A stretch of DNA of 64,000 nucleotides, from the NCBI GenBank assembly GCA_965199495.1, contig CBDASK010000003.1, forward strand, positions 4,655,682 to 4,719,681, in the 5' to 3' direction. Origin of the DNA: Abditibacterium sp. Lineage in GTDB: Bacteria; Armatimonadota; Abditibacteriia; Abditibacteriales; Abditibacteriaceae. Positions 48,252 through 58,019 of this stretch are shown piece by piece (positions within the stretch are counted from its first letter, which is position 1; the number at the start of each line of letters is the position of its first letter). The position numbers were made by a program, and so were the translations under genes. A model generated the notes under the pieces. That model had not been told where the DNA came from. It did no database searches and worked only from the letters and a program-made list of their open reading frames with translations.

Positions 48252-50186
48252 CTAAAAACTCAACGTCTTCACGCCAATACTCACGTTAAAACGCGGCGCC
48301 TGGTAACCGGCGACTTCCTCGTATTTGCGGTTGAACACATTACCGACGCGCGCATAAACCGCGAACTGCGGGCGCACTTTGTAGGACAACGTGAAATCGG
48401 TGCGCACGTAGCCAGCGTATTCGCGCGGCGTGAATTCGTTGACGAAGTTGGAATCGAAGCGCTTGCCCTGCGCGACGACGCCCAAATCGCCCTGAAACTT
48501 ACCGCGATTGGCGATTAAATCGGCGCTCGCGTTGAAACGCGGACGGCGCAATAATCGGCCCGACGAACTCGACGTAGCTGTGGTGCTGCCATTCAACAGC
48601 AAACGAAAATTGCGGTGGATCGGTTGATCCAAGGCCAGTTCAAAACCGTGCGTTTTGGCGCGGTTGATGTTGACGGGCAAAAACGTTTTCGGATCGGAAC
48701 CGATTAAATCGCCGATATGATTGTTATAGTAGGTCAGCTCAACAGTGCCGCTGCCAAATTTCTGTAAAATTCCGGCGTCGTAACCGTGCGAAGTTTCGGG
48801 CGTGAGGTTGGGATTGCCGAAGCCCGGAAAGTAAAGCGAATCGAAGCTCGGAGCCTTAAACGCGGTGCCGTAGCTCGCTTTGAAACGCGTCGAACTCGTC
48901 ACGTCGTAGGCGCCAGCGACGCGGTAGGAAGTGAAATCGCCGAACTGCGAGTTGTCCTCGTAGCGCGCGCCGGGCGCGAGCGTGAATTTGCCGCTTTTGA
49001 ACTCGTCCTGCACGAAAAGCGCTTTGGTATTGGTGCCTTTATCGTAGCTCGAACCGCCGGTTTGCACGGCGCCGGTTTGGTCGGCAAAAGCGAAATTCGA
49101 GGTGATGTTGGCGCTTTCACGGCGGTATTCGGCGCCGCCCGTCAGCGTATTGCGCCCGAAATCGTACGAGGTTTGCGCGTCCAGAGTTTGCACGCGATTA
49201 GAAAAGCGCGAGGGCGCGGAGGTCGGCGCGGTTTGGTCGCGCGTGTCGTCGTCTTCCAAATGGCGGTTGTATTGGCCTAAAATGATTTTGTCGCGCCGCT
49301 TGCCATCGCGGTTCTCGAATTGAAGCGACAATTGCGTATCGCGCGAGTTGTCGCGCTGGAACGGATCGAAACTCAAAAATCGCTGGCCCGGCACGCCGAA
49401 CTTCGACTCCGAGGTGCGCCCGATAAACGATAGGGTGCGATTTTTATTGGCCGACAAATCGTGGTCGAAACGCAACGACGCGCCGACATTGCGATAATCA
49501 TCGTTCTGGAACTGGCCGTTGGAATCGAGGCGAAAGCCGGAAAAGCTGAGGCGATTACCGTCGTTTTTGCCGAACGCGCCGTTGGCGTTGATTTCCTGAC
49601 GATTAATTCCCTGATTGCCGAATTCCAACAATCCGCCCGGCTGGAGCGGCCCAGTCCCGCGTTTGGTGATGATATTAATCACGCCGCCGATGGCATCGGA
49701 GCCGTAAAGCGCCGAGGCCGGGCCGCGCACGACTTCGATATGATCGACGTTTTCGATGGGAATTTGGCCGAAATCGAAACGGCCATCTTGCGGCGAGTTA
49801 GCGCGCACACCGTCCACCAAAACGAGCGTTTGATTGGAATTGGTGCCGCGCGTAAAAACCGAAGTCGTCTTGCCGCGCGTGCCGCTTTGCGCGATGGAAA
49901 GGCCCGGAACCAAGCGCAAAACATCGAGAATATCGAATGGTTTTTTGGCTTCGATTTGCGCGCGCGTAATCACAGCCACGGCGGAGGGCGAATCGGCCAA
50001 AGGTTGCGGATTGCGCTCGGCGGTCACGACGATCACTTTTTCATCGTCGGGCAAATTCGGGTTATCGGCGGTTTGATTTTCCGTTTGAGTCGTGGGTTCG
50101 GGCGTCGGCGTGGCTGCTGGCGGCGTGGCGTCTTGCGCCAAAGCGGGCGCGGCGACGAGAAGTGGAAAAAGAAGAAGCGTTTTCAT
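48252..50186 (-). CDS. btuB: TonB-dependent vitamin B12 receptor
   Basis: TonB box IVVTAER, plug (LVLVDGV, IEVVRGPASALYGSDAIGGVINIITK), barrel ending in F; upstream cobalamin riboswitch. Confidence 0.88.
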   Translation of the reverse strand: MKTLLLFPLLVAAPALAQDATPPAATPTPEPTTQTENQTADNPNLPDDEKVIVVTAERNPQPLADSPSAVAVITRAQIEAKKPFDILDVLRLVPGLSIAQSGTRGKTTSVFTRGTNSNQTLVLVDGVRANSPQDGRFDFGQIPIENVDHIEVVRGPASALYGSDAIGGVINIITKRGTGPLQPGGLLEFGNQGINRQEINANGAFGKNDGNRLSFSGFRLDSNGQFQNDDYRNVGASLRFDHDLSANKNRTLSFIGRTSESKFGVPGQRFLSFDPFQRDNSRDTQLSLQFENRDGKRRDKIILGQYNRHLEDDDTRDQTAPTSAPSRFSNRVQTLDAQTSYDFGRNTLTGGAEYRRESANITSNFAFADQTGAVQTGGSSYDKGTNTKALFVQDEFKSGKFTLAPGARYEDNSQFGDFTSYRVAGAYDVTSSTRFKASYGTAFKAPSFDSLYFPGFGNPNLTPETSHGYDAGILQKFGSGTVELTYYNNHIGDLIGSDPKTFLPVNINRAKTHGFELALDQPIHRNFRLLLNGSTTATSSSSGRLLRRPRFNASADLIANRGKFQGDLGVVAQGKRFDSNFVNEFTPREYAGYVRTDFTLSYKVRPQFAVYARVGNVFNRKYEEVAGYQAPRFNVSIGVKTLSF

Positions 50187-50356
50187 GTTTTTGAGTTTCA
50201 AAGCGCCGACTTAAAACGAAAAAATCGGGGTGAAAAACAAAAACTTGGCCTCGGAAAACGACGAAATACGGCGGGCCAACGATGCCAGCGACCGCGAAAA
50301 AATGCGGGCGACCAAGCGCGTTTTTGCCTCACCCTTTTCCCTCGAAAGCGTCGGCT

Positions 50357-50543
50357 CTTTTGCGGTCGGTCTCCTGACTCGTCGCGTCAATCTTCGCCCG
50401 CCTTCCCAAAACTTTTCCAGAAAGTTTCAGTGACATTTAGGGGCGTCGTCAGCGACTACAGTGGCGGGGCCGTGCGATGACGAAAAGATTTTCACCTCTT
50501 CGCTCTGCTTCCCGAAACGAAGATTCGTTTCATCCCGCAAAAG
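50357..50543 (-). promoter_or_regulatory. Cobalamin riboswitch
   Basis: Minus strand: GGGAAG...GCCCCGCCACTGTA...GTCACTG...GGGAAGG...AGTCAGGAGACC; closing helix cttttgcgg/ccgcaaaag. Confidence 0.88.
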
Positions 50544-50665
50544 AATAAATATGAAATTATGTGCGCAGAGAATTTAACCCAAGCCGCGATTTTTGCAAAG
50601 GGCGGATTTTTCGATGACTCTAAAAGGCCGCTTCAAATTGGAGATAGCGCGACGTTTAAATTTTA

Positions 50666-50780
50666 ACCACAAAAACGCGAAAATTACCAAAGGAACAAAA
50701 GGGGTCAAAAATAGCTGGTCAAACTTTCTTTTGGAAAGGGTATCCTTCAAAGCCTTTTGTGATTTCTGTGTTTTTGTGGT
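50666..50780. repeat. Palindromic MITE-like element, family A copy 2 (degenerate)
   Basis: accacaaaaac...ttctgtgtttttgtggt; interior resembles 17088-17220 (aaaatag.t.gtc.aa.tttct...cttcaaagcctttt). Confidence 0.75.
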
Positions 50781-50799
50781 CAAAATTTAAACGTTGGCG

Positions 50800-52851
50800 C
50801 TATCTTTTGCCACGATTTCTCGTCGCGACCAAACCGGCGCACACGAAACCCAGTGCGCACAGCGAAACGAAGACGCCTAACTTCCACGGCACCGGCGCAT
50901 ATTCAAAACGCACGCGGCACACATTGGCATCGGTTGCAAGCGGCAATTGGACGCGGCGCCAACCTTCAATTGTGATTTGAATGGGCAGCGTTTGCCCGTT
51001 TAAATTCGCGCTCCAGCCGGGGCGCATCGAATCAGCGAGTTCGATTTGACGCGCGTCAGACGGCACTTCCATGTCGAGCGAACTCGCTGTTTCGCCGACG
51101 ATTACAGCGCGTTGCCATTTTCCATCGCCAGTTTGGAATCTCGCGCGCGGCAGACATTTTTCGTTGCGATAATAAAAAATACGTTGGCCGCCAATGGGTT
51201 GTTGGGGAGCGCCAACCAACGTCCAACCGGGCGTTTCAGTCAATGGTTTGTCGCGGACGATTTGCAAAATACGCACGCTGTTGCGTGCTAACTGCGCAGC
51301 GAGTTGCGGCGGAAATTTATCGTCTTTAAAATTTAAATTCAGCGCGCGCACGCGAGATTGCGTGGCGCGGTCATAAAGCGGTTCGTAACCGACTTCCTCG
51401 ATCCAGCCGCTCAGCAAATGGCGATTGGGCGGCACATTGGCAAAAAAGCGCCGCGTATTATCGAAATCGCCGGGCCGCATGTCCCAAATCGGCTGATACA
51501 CCGGCCACATCCTATCGGTCTCCATCGTCCAAATGCGACCCTGACGCGCTTCGACCCATTCATCGCGGCCCCACGGCGGCGCGGGCGCCAGTTGCGCCAA
51601 TTTAGCCGGAATCGTCGGATAAAATCCGCGCGCGAAAAATCCCAAATCGAGCAGCATTAGCGCCAGCAAAAGCGTCGTCCAGCGCGCGCCGTTGCGGACG
51701 TTACGCAAAAGAGTTTGCGCGCCCAATGCGGCCAAAACCGCGCCGCCGATGGAGAAGCCGACCAAAAACCGTCCGGCATCGTGAAAGCGCGCGACGCCCG
51801 GCACTATGAAAAACGCGATGGCGTATAATCCGCCGAAAACGCCCATCGAAATCCATAAAAATCCCAAAGTCCAGCCCACCCAAAAACGCGCGCGCTTTTC
51901 GCGACTGGCCGCGATAATCGCCAAAATTAGCGGCGCGATTCCCAAATAACAGACCGACTCCCAGATATTAATATTGAACGGGTAATGCCAGGTGCCCCTC
52001 ATCGGATTGCCGTAGAAATGCGGCACAACGAGCGTTCCAAGCGCCCACGGAATCAAAGAAAATCGCGAGGCGTCGAACAAACTCAGGCTTTGGCGCGCCG
52101 TCGCGCCCAGCGCCTCGACAACCGGCAGAGTTTGGCCCAGCGTCAATAAAATTGTCAGCGCCAAAGCGCCCGCCACGCAACCCAAAACGCGCCAACCGAC
52201 GCGCCGTGGCTGTATCGTTCGCCAGCGAAAAAAAGTATAAATCGCCAACATATAACCGCTAAACAGGCTGATTTGCGCGTGAGCCGCCAGCAGTTGCAGA
52301 CTTAAAACCAACGCTAAAACCAGCATTGAGCGAAAATTGGCGCGCGCGGCGACGATTTCGCCCGCCCACAACACGGCGGGCACGTAAGCGATGGCTTGCA
52401 GCATATTGGGAAACTGCGATTTGCCCACCAAAAATCCGCTCAGCATCCAGACGCACGCGCCGAAAAATGCGGGTAGAGGTTGCAACTGCAAGCAGCCACG
52501 CCGCGTCCATGCGTAGAAAAACGCGCCCGCCAGCCAGAAGTGAAAAACCGTCGTGATCGTCAGCGCCGTAATCGCCGAAAATGGGAGGAACAAAAGCGCC
52601 GACGGGTATAATATCCACATCTGCGGGTTGCCGACAAACGGCGTGCCGCCTAAAATTCCGGCGTTCCACAACGGCACGCGATTCTGCGCGAGGCTCGATT
52701 TCCAGAACGTCGCCATCGGTTGGAAGTAAAGCTGCAAATCGCCGTAATAAAACGTTTGTCCGTTGAGTAGCGGCCAGAAAACAAGCGCACAAACGGATGC
52801 GAGCGCCAAGAACGCGAGGCAATCGGCGCGATGGCGCGCTAAAAATTTCAT
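50800..52851 (-). CDS. YfhO-family (GT-C-like) multipass membrane protein
   Basis: GD...YF.P, PLWN...GGTPF..NPQ...YP, many TM helices, C-terminal LADS..PGW.A..NG and F.Y.P. Confidence 0.8.
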   Translation of the reverse strand: MKFLARHRADCLAFLALASVCALVFWPLLNGQTFYYGDLQLYFQPMATFWKSSLAQNRVPLWNAGILGGTPFVGNPQMWILYPSALLFLPFSAITALTITTVFHFWLAGAFFYAWTRRGCLQLQPLPAFFGACVWMLSGFLVGKSQFPNMLQAIAYVPAVLWAGEIVAARANFRSMLVLALVLSLQLLAAHAQISLFSGYMLAIYTFFRWRTIQPRRVGWRVLGCVAGALALTILLTLGQTLPVVEALGATARQSLSLFDASRFSLIPWALGTLVVPHFYGNPMRGTWHYPFNINIWESVCYLGIAPLILAIIAASREKRARFWVGWTLGFLWISMGVFGGLYAIAFFIVPGVARFHDAGRFLVGFSIGGAVLAALGAQTLLRNVRNGARWTTLLLALMLLDLGFFARGFYPTIPAKLAQLAPAPPWGRDEWVEARQGRIWTMETDRMWPVYQPIWDMRPGDFDNTRRFFANVPPNRHLLSGWIEEVGYEPLYDRATQSRVRALNLNFKDDKFPPQLAAQLARNSVRILQIVRDKPLTETPGWTLVGAPQQPIGGQRIFYYRNEKCLPRARFQTGDGKWQRAVIVGETASSLDMEVPSDARQIELADSMRPGWSANLNGQTLPIQITIEGWRRVQLPLATDANVCRVRFEYAPVPWKLGVFVSLCALGFVCAGLVATRNRGKR

Positions 52852-52951
52852 CAACGAGAGAATTTTAACGAAAATCGGTCAAAAACGTTTTCACTATACT
52901 CAGGTAAACTGTCTCCTACGCCAGTTTCGCGCGTCACTCTATCCCGTTTTC

Positions 52952-55918
52952 ATGTCACTTTATCGCATTTATCGCCCGCAAACTTTCGAGGATGTCGTCG
53001 GTCAAGAACACGTCGCGCGCACTCTGCGCAACGCCTTGACAGCGCAGCCACCGCGCGTGGCTCATGCCTATTTGTTCACCGGGCCGCGCGGCATTGGCAA
53101 AACCACCAACGCGCGTTTGCTGGCCAAATGTCTGAATTGCGAAAACGGCCCGACGCCCACGCCGTGCAACCAATGCGATTTCTGCGTGCGCGTCTCGCAA
53201 AACCAGCCGGTGATGGACTTGGTCGAGATTGACGCCGCTTCGCAATCGGGCGTGGACAACGTGCGCGATAACATCATTGACAAAGTCAACATGGCGCCCG
53301 CGCAGGGCCGTTATCGTGTTACGATTGTGGATGAATGTTTCGCGTATGGCGAGCCGGTCACGCTCGCCGATGGCTCGCGCGTGCCGATTGGTCGCATCGT
53401 CGAAAACGAACTGCCAGTTTCGGTGCTGTCTTACAACGAAGAAACCGGACGCACCGAAGCCAAGCCCATCGTGCGCTGGATGAAAAAACAACCGCATTTG
53501 CCCTGCGTTCGCGTTTTTTTCGATAACAATCGCTCGATTGTCTGCACCTTCAATCACAAATTCTACACGCCCCAGGGCCAGCGCCACGCCGCCGAACTGG
53601 AAGCAGGCGATTTCGTTTATGCCAATTACGAAAGTATCACGCAACATCAATTTGACGTTGTCGCGGGCGCGGCAATTGGCGACGGCAATTTATCGCTGAC
53701 AGGCAGCAAAATGCGCGGGCGCTTGCGCATGACGCATAGCGTCGCGCAACTCGATTATCTGAACTATAAAACGCAATTGCTGGGCGATTTAGTCGCAACG
53801 CCGCCGCGTTTCCAGCCGGTTGCGCCCGGCCAATTCTCCAAAGTCGGCACTTACGCGGCCTCGACGTTAAGTCGTCCTCACATCGCGCAGTTACACGACG
53901 AACTTTATCACGAAGGCCGCAAAACCATCACCGCCGACTATTTGAAGCGCATCGATGAATTGGGTTTGGCGTTGTGGTATTTGGACGACGGCTCGCTACT
54001 TCACGGCGGCAGTTCGCAAATTCTTAAAGATGGCACGCGCAGTTTTTATCCCAACTCGCGTTCGATCTTTAACGTTCAAGGGCTGAGCGTGGCCGAGGCG
54101 CATCTGGTTTTAGATTGGTTAAGAGAAAAATGGAATATCGAAGGCGGCGTCAGCGACAACGCCCAGGGGCCGGTCGTCTGGCTGACCTTGCCGGGCACGC
54201 GCCGACTTCATCAGATTATCGCGTCGTTTGTGCCGCCCAAGATGCAATATAAGTTGCTGCCCGAATTCCGCGACGAGTTCGAGATGCCGATTGACGATGG
54301 TCGCGGCGCCGGACTTTCGATGAGTCGCGTGCGCAAAGTGGAGCCGGAAAAAGCGCCCGATTTCGTTTACAATATCGAAGTCGAAGACAATCATAACTAC
54401 TTCGTGCGCGATATGTTGGTCGCCAACTGTCACATGCTTTCGCCCGCGTCCTTCAACGCGTTGCTGAAAACAATCGAAGAGCCGCCGCCGCACGCGATTT
54501 TTATTCTGGCGACGACCGAAACGCACAAGGTGCCCCAGACGATTATCTCGCGTTGTCAACGCTTCGATTTTCGTCGCGTCACGCCGGTTGATATTGCCAA
54601 GCGATTGACTTACGTTGCCGAAGCGGAAAAAATGGTGTTGCAGCCCGAAGCCGCCAAACTCATCGCGCGCCACGCCGACGGCGCGTTGCGCGACGGATTA
54701 ACTTTGCTCGAACAAGTCTCGGCGTTTTCCGCCGAAGAAATTAGTGCCGCCGATGTTCGTTTGGTTTTGGGCGGCGTGCCGCAGGAACTTTTGGACGGAT
54801 TGATAGAAAGCGTCGCCAATCAGGACGCGGCGAGCGTGTTTGGTTTGATCGAAAAAGCGGTCGAGGAGGGCGCCAGTTTCGCACAACTCTCGCGCGATTT
54901 GACGGCTTATGCGCGCGACTTGTTGCTTTTAACCGTGGGTTATAGCGGCGACGAAAATCTGAGCGCTGGGGAACGCGCCAGCCGCGCGCGTCACGCCGAA
55001 ATGTTGGGGCGCGGACGCTTGGAACGGTTGATTACTTTGCTGCGCGACGCCGAAAAAGAGATGCGCCAAAGCACCGATCATCGGTTATTATTGGAACTGA
55101 CCCTCGTGCGCGTGTGCGATGGCGCCGCGTTGCCCACCGCGCAAAATGCGCCAGCGCTGGCAGCAGCCACGGCGCGTCCGGCGGTGACGAAACCGCGCGA
55201 AGTCGCCGAGTCGAACGGCGACAATTACGCGCCCGCCGAACCGCCCGCACCACGCGAGTGGCGCAAACCGGTGCGCGAAAATATTCTGGCGCCCAGAAAA
55301 GTCGCCGAAGAAATCGCGCTGGAACCAATCGCAGAAATTCCCGCCGCAGAAGAACGGGAAATCGCGAGCGAAGCGCCCGTTGAAACTGTCGAACCAGCCG
55401 AAGTTCCCATCGCTGGCGAAGCGCCCGCCGAAGCCGAAAATGTTGAACCCAAAATCGTTGAAGCGCCCATTGAAAGCGAGGAACCGACGGTTGCGGCGTC
55501 CGCGTCGGATAAGAAGAAAGGCCGACGCATTCACGATTTCGATTCGCTCGTCGAATTGTGGCCCGCCGTGATTATGCGCATCCGCAAGAAAATCGGCGTG
55601 ACCGCCGTGGCTTATCTGCACGACGCGCGGCCCGTCGGCTTTTCGGACGAAGAGTTGATTTTGGAATTTAACAAGGAATTTCACTTCGCCAAAGCGACCG
55701 AGGCTTCCAAACGGTTGCCGTTCGAGGAAAAAATCAACGAGACCCTCGACAAGCCACGCCGTCTGCGCTTTCAGATGGCGACACCCGCGCCCAAAGTCGA
55801 AATCGCGCCCGAAATTGTCGAGGAAGAGGACGACGACGGGGACTTAAGTAGCGCCGGAGATATTGTCGAATACGCCCAGAATATGTTCGGCGCGCAAATC
55901 ATGGGACGGAGCGGGTGA
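52952..55918 (+). CDS. dnaX: DNA polymerase III subunit gamma/tau, intein-containing
   Basis: LYRIYRPQTFEDVVGQ, HAYLFTGPRGIGKTT, CNQC..C, EIDAAS, IVDE|intein|CHMLS, FNALLKTIEEPP, TIISRCQ. Confidence 0.96.
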   Translation: MSLYRIYRPQTFEDVVGQEHVARTLRNALTAQPPRVAHAYLFTGPRGIGKTTNARLLAKCLNCENGPTPTPCNQCDFCVRVSQNQPVMDLVEIDAASQSGVDNVRDNIIDKVNMAPAQGRYRVTIVDECFAYGEPVTLADGSRVPIGRIVENELPVSVLSYNEETGRTEAKPIVRWMKKQPHLPCVRVFFDNNRSIVCTFNHKFYTPQGQRHAAELEAGDFVYANYESITQHQFDVVAGAAIGDGNLSLTGSKMRGRLRMTHSVAQLDYLNYKTQLLGDLVATPPRFQPVAPGQFSKVGTYAASTLSRPHIAQLHDELYHEGRKTITADYLKRIDELGLALWYLDDGSLLHGGSSQILKDGTRSFYPNSRSIFNVQGLSVAEAHLVLDWLREKWNIEGGVSDNAQGPVVWLTLPGTRRLHQIIASFVPPKMQYKLLPEFRDEFEMPIDDGRGAGLSMSRVRKVEPEKAPDFVYNIEVEDNHNYFVRDMLVANCHMLSPASFNALLKTIEEPPPHAIFILATTETHKVPQTIISRCQRFDFRRVTPVDIAKRLTYVAEAEKMVLQPEAAKLIARHADGALRDGLTLLEQVSAFSAEEISAADVRLVLGGVPQELLDGLIESVANQDAASVFGLIEKAVEEGASFAQLSRDLTAYARDLLLLTVGYSGDENLSAGERASRARHAEMLGRGRLERLITLLRDAEKEMRQSTDHRLLLELTLVRVCDGAALPTAQNAPALAAATARPAVTKPREVAESNGDNYAPAEPPAPREWRKPVRENILAPRKVAEEIALEPIAEIPAAEEREIASEAPVETVEPAEVPIAGEAPAEAENVEPKIVEAPIESEEPTVAASASDKKKGRRIHDFDSLVELWPAVIMRIRKKIGVTAVAYLHDARPVGFSDEELILEFNKEFHFAKATEASKRLPFEEKINETLDKPRRLRFQMATPAPKVEIAPEIVEEEDDDGDLSSAGDIVEYAQNMFGAQIMGRSG
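53336..54427 (+). mobile_element. Intein (364 aa) with LAGLIDADG homing endonuclease in the DnaX Walker B motif
   Basis: Block A CFAYGEPV.LADG, block B TFNH, GAAIGDG and LALWYLDDG endonuclease helices, blocks F/G VYNIEVEDNHNYFV..MLVAN|C. Confidence 0.93.
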
Positions 55919-56012
55919 AAGGATGAAGGATAAAATGAAAGTTCTGCAAAGTCCAAGAGCTTGCTTTTCGCCTTCGGCTTTCAGCCTTTAGCCTTTATCC
56001 CTTATCCTTTAT
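55918..56012. repeat. Inverted heptamer repeats (aaggat(g/a))n ... (ttcagcc/tttatcc)n
   Basis: Same repeat type also at about 12634-12663, 20137-20158 and 22172-22420. Confidence 0.7.
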
Positions 56013-56017
56013 AGCCA

Positions 56018-57691
56018 ATGCCAGTTGCTTCTTCGCCTTCGCAAGTTTCGCCTGTCGCCGCGCGTGCCTCACGTTCGGGGCAGGCGATGTTGCTTTTGTC
56101 GGCGCTTTACTTTTTGTCGCGCTTTACCGGTTTGCTACAACGCACGATTATCGGCGCGTTGTTGCCCGAAGCCGCGACCGATGCTTATTCCATTGCGTTT
56201 AATTTGCCCGATATTTTGAATTATCTGGTGGCGGGCGGCGCGATTTCGCTGACCTTTATCCCGACTTTCACGCGATTGTGGGACAAAGGCAAAGAGGCCG
56301 AAGCGTGGCGCTTCTTCTCGACTTTAATCAGCGTAATGGGCGCGGTTTTGCTGGCGGCGACCGCGATAATGATGGTCTTTACGCCGACATTTTTGGCCAT
56401 CAGCAATCCCGGATTGCGCGAAATTAATCCGGCCACCGGGTTGGTGTTGCCCGCGAAACAGGAAACATTTGAGTTAGCCGTTCAAATGACGCGCGTCATT
56501 TTGCCCGCGCAAATCTTCTTTTATCTGGGTGGTTTAATGCTGGGCGTTTTGAACACGTTTAAGCGGTTCGGCGCGACGGGTTGGACGGGGCCGATCAACA
56601 ACTTCATCGCGATTGTGGTGGCGGTCGGCTTGTGGTTTTGGCTCCACAATCCGATTGTTTTCGCGTGGAGCATTTTATTGGGCGCGTTCGTCGGCAACTT
56701 TTTGTTGCCCTTTTTGGCGTTGCGAGGCGGGCCGCGTTCGCATCGTCCGCGTTTTCGTGTGCGCTTTGATGTCGGCAATCCGTCGGTGCGCCGCTTTTTC
56801 ATTCTGACTTTGCCGATCATGCTGGGCGTTTCGCTGCCGGTCGTGGATTGGATGGTGGTTTCTTATTTCGCGTCGAGCCTGCCCGAAGGCACGCTGACGC
56901 ATTTGCAATACGGCAATCGTTTGATGATCGCGGCACAGGGCATCGTAGGCCAGTCGGTCGCCGTGGCTTCGTTTCCGTTTCTGGCTTCGATGGTCGCGCT
57001 GGGCAACTTCAATGAGTTCTCCGAATTTCTGCGCGTCAATTTGCGGCGTTTGTCGTTCGTGACTTTGCCGCTTTCGGTTCTGTTAGTTTTGGGAGCCACG
57101 CCGCTTTGTTCGCTCATTTTCGGTTGGGGCGCTTATAACGATCCAGCGAAAATCGGCGAAACGGCGCTGTCATTCGCGTTTTTCACCATTGGACTTTTCG
57201 CGTGGGCGGCGCAGGGCATCGTGTCGCGCGGTTTTTACGCGCTGGGCGATACGCGCACGCCAACGATCATCGGTTCGGCGCTGACGATATTTTTCTTTAT
57301 TCCTCTCTGCGTGCTTTCGATGAAATTAAATATGGGCGCGCTGGGCTTATCGCTGGCGACGACGATTGGCGCGGCGGCTTATTTTGGCGTGGCGCTGGTG
57401 TTTCTCGAAGCCAAGTTAAAACAGCGCAAATATCAAGCGCCCATCGGCTTAGATTTGTTGGCGGGCACGTTGCTTCGCACCATGTCGGCGTGCGCCCTGA
57501 TGGGCGTGGCTGGTGTTATGGCGTTGATTTTGGGGCGAGAAATTATTCCCGCCACCAAAGCGGGCGATTTACTTTTGTTGTTAGGGGTGTGGATTGTAGC
57601 GGGCTTCGTGTTTTGCGGCGCGTCGTCGCAGTTCGAGATTCCCGAATGGGCATGGTTGAGCGCCAAAGTGCGCCGTCGCAAACGCCGGTAG
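56018..57691 (+). CDS. murJ: Lipid II flippase MurJ (MviN)
   Basis: LSRFTGL.., DAY.IAFNLP, GGA...FIP, SRGFYALGDTRTP. Confidence 0.9.
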   Translation: MPVASSPSQVSPVAARASRSGQAMLLLSALYFLSRFTGLLQRTIIGALLPEAATDAYSIAFNLPDILNYLVAGGAISLTFIPTFTRLWDKGKEAEAWRFFSTLISVMGAVLLAATAIMMVFTPTFLAISNPGLREINPATGLVLPAKQETFELAVQMTRVILPAQIFFYLGGLMLGVLNTFKRFGATGWTGPINNFIAIVVAVGLWFWLHNPIVFAWSILLGAFVGNFLLPFLALRGGPRSHRPRFRVRFDVGNPSVRRFFILTLPIMLGVSLPVVDWMVVSYFASSLPEGTLTHLQYGNRLMIAAQGIVGQSVAVASFPFLASMVALGNFNEFSEFLRVNLRRLSFVTLPLSVLLVLGATPLCSLIFGWGAYNDPAKIGETALSFAFFTIGLFAWAAQGIVSRGFYALGDTRTPTIIGSALTIFFFIPLCVLSMKLNMGALGLSLATTIGAAAYFGVALVFLEAKLKQRKYQAPIGLDLLAGTLLRTMSACALMGVAGVMALILGREIIPATKAGDLLLLLGVWIVAGFVFCGASSQFEIPEWAWLSAKVRRRKRR

Positions 57692-57747
57692 TTCGCTTGC
57701 GGCCCAGCTTTTGCATCTTGTTCAACTATTCCACAGGAGGAAACAAC

Positions 57748-57966
57748 ATGAGTTCAACCAACGATAAAGTGCGCGGCACAGGTAATGAAGCCGTCGGCAA
57801 CGCCAAACAGGCTGTCGGCGATGCGACGGGCAACGAGCAGATGCAAGCCGAAGGTAAAGGCCAGGAAATCAAAGGACAAGCACAGCAAGCACTGGGCAAC
57901 GCCAAAGACGCCGTCGGCAACGCCGCCGAAAAAGTGGGCGACGCGCTCAAAGGTTCCGGCAATTGA
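57748..57966 (+). CDS. CsbD-family stress protein
   Basis: AGGAGG RBS; DKVRG...EAVGNAKQAVGDATGNEQMQAEG...KG.AQ. Confidence 0.9.
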   Translation: MSSTNDKVRGTGNEAVGNAKQAVGDATGNEQMQAEGKGQEIKGQAQQALGNAKDAVGNAAEKVGDALKGSGN

Positions 57967-57979
57967 AGTTGATGAAAAG

Positions 57980-58014
57980 AAAAGCCCCGCGACAAAAAGT
58001 CGCGGGGCTTTTTT
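57980..58014. terminator. Intrinsic terminator (bidirectional)
   Basis: aaaagccccgcgac-aaaaa-gtcgcggggctttttt. Confidence 0.85.
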
Positions 58015-58019
58015 GCATT

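Noticed and set aside
17088..50780. CRISPR array suggested by periodic repeats
   Set aside because: The repeats are inverted 7-11-nt periodic arms with no constant repeat/unique spacer pattern, and no cas genes are present
55040..55100. Programmed -1 frameshift site in dnaX producing gamma
   Set aside because: GAA AAA GAG is not an in-frame A AAA AAG heptamer, and no long A run or stimulatory hairpin was seen
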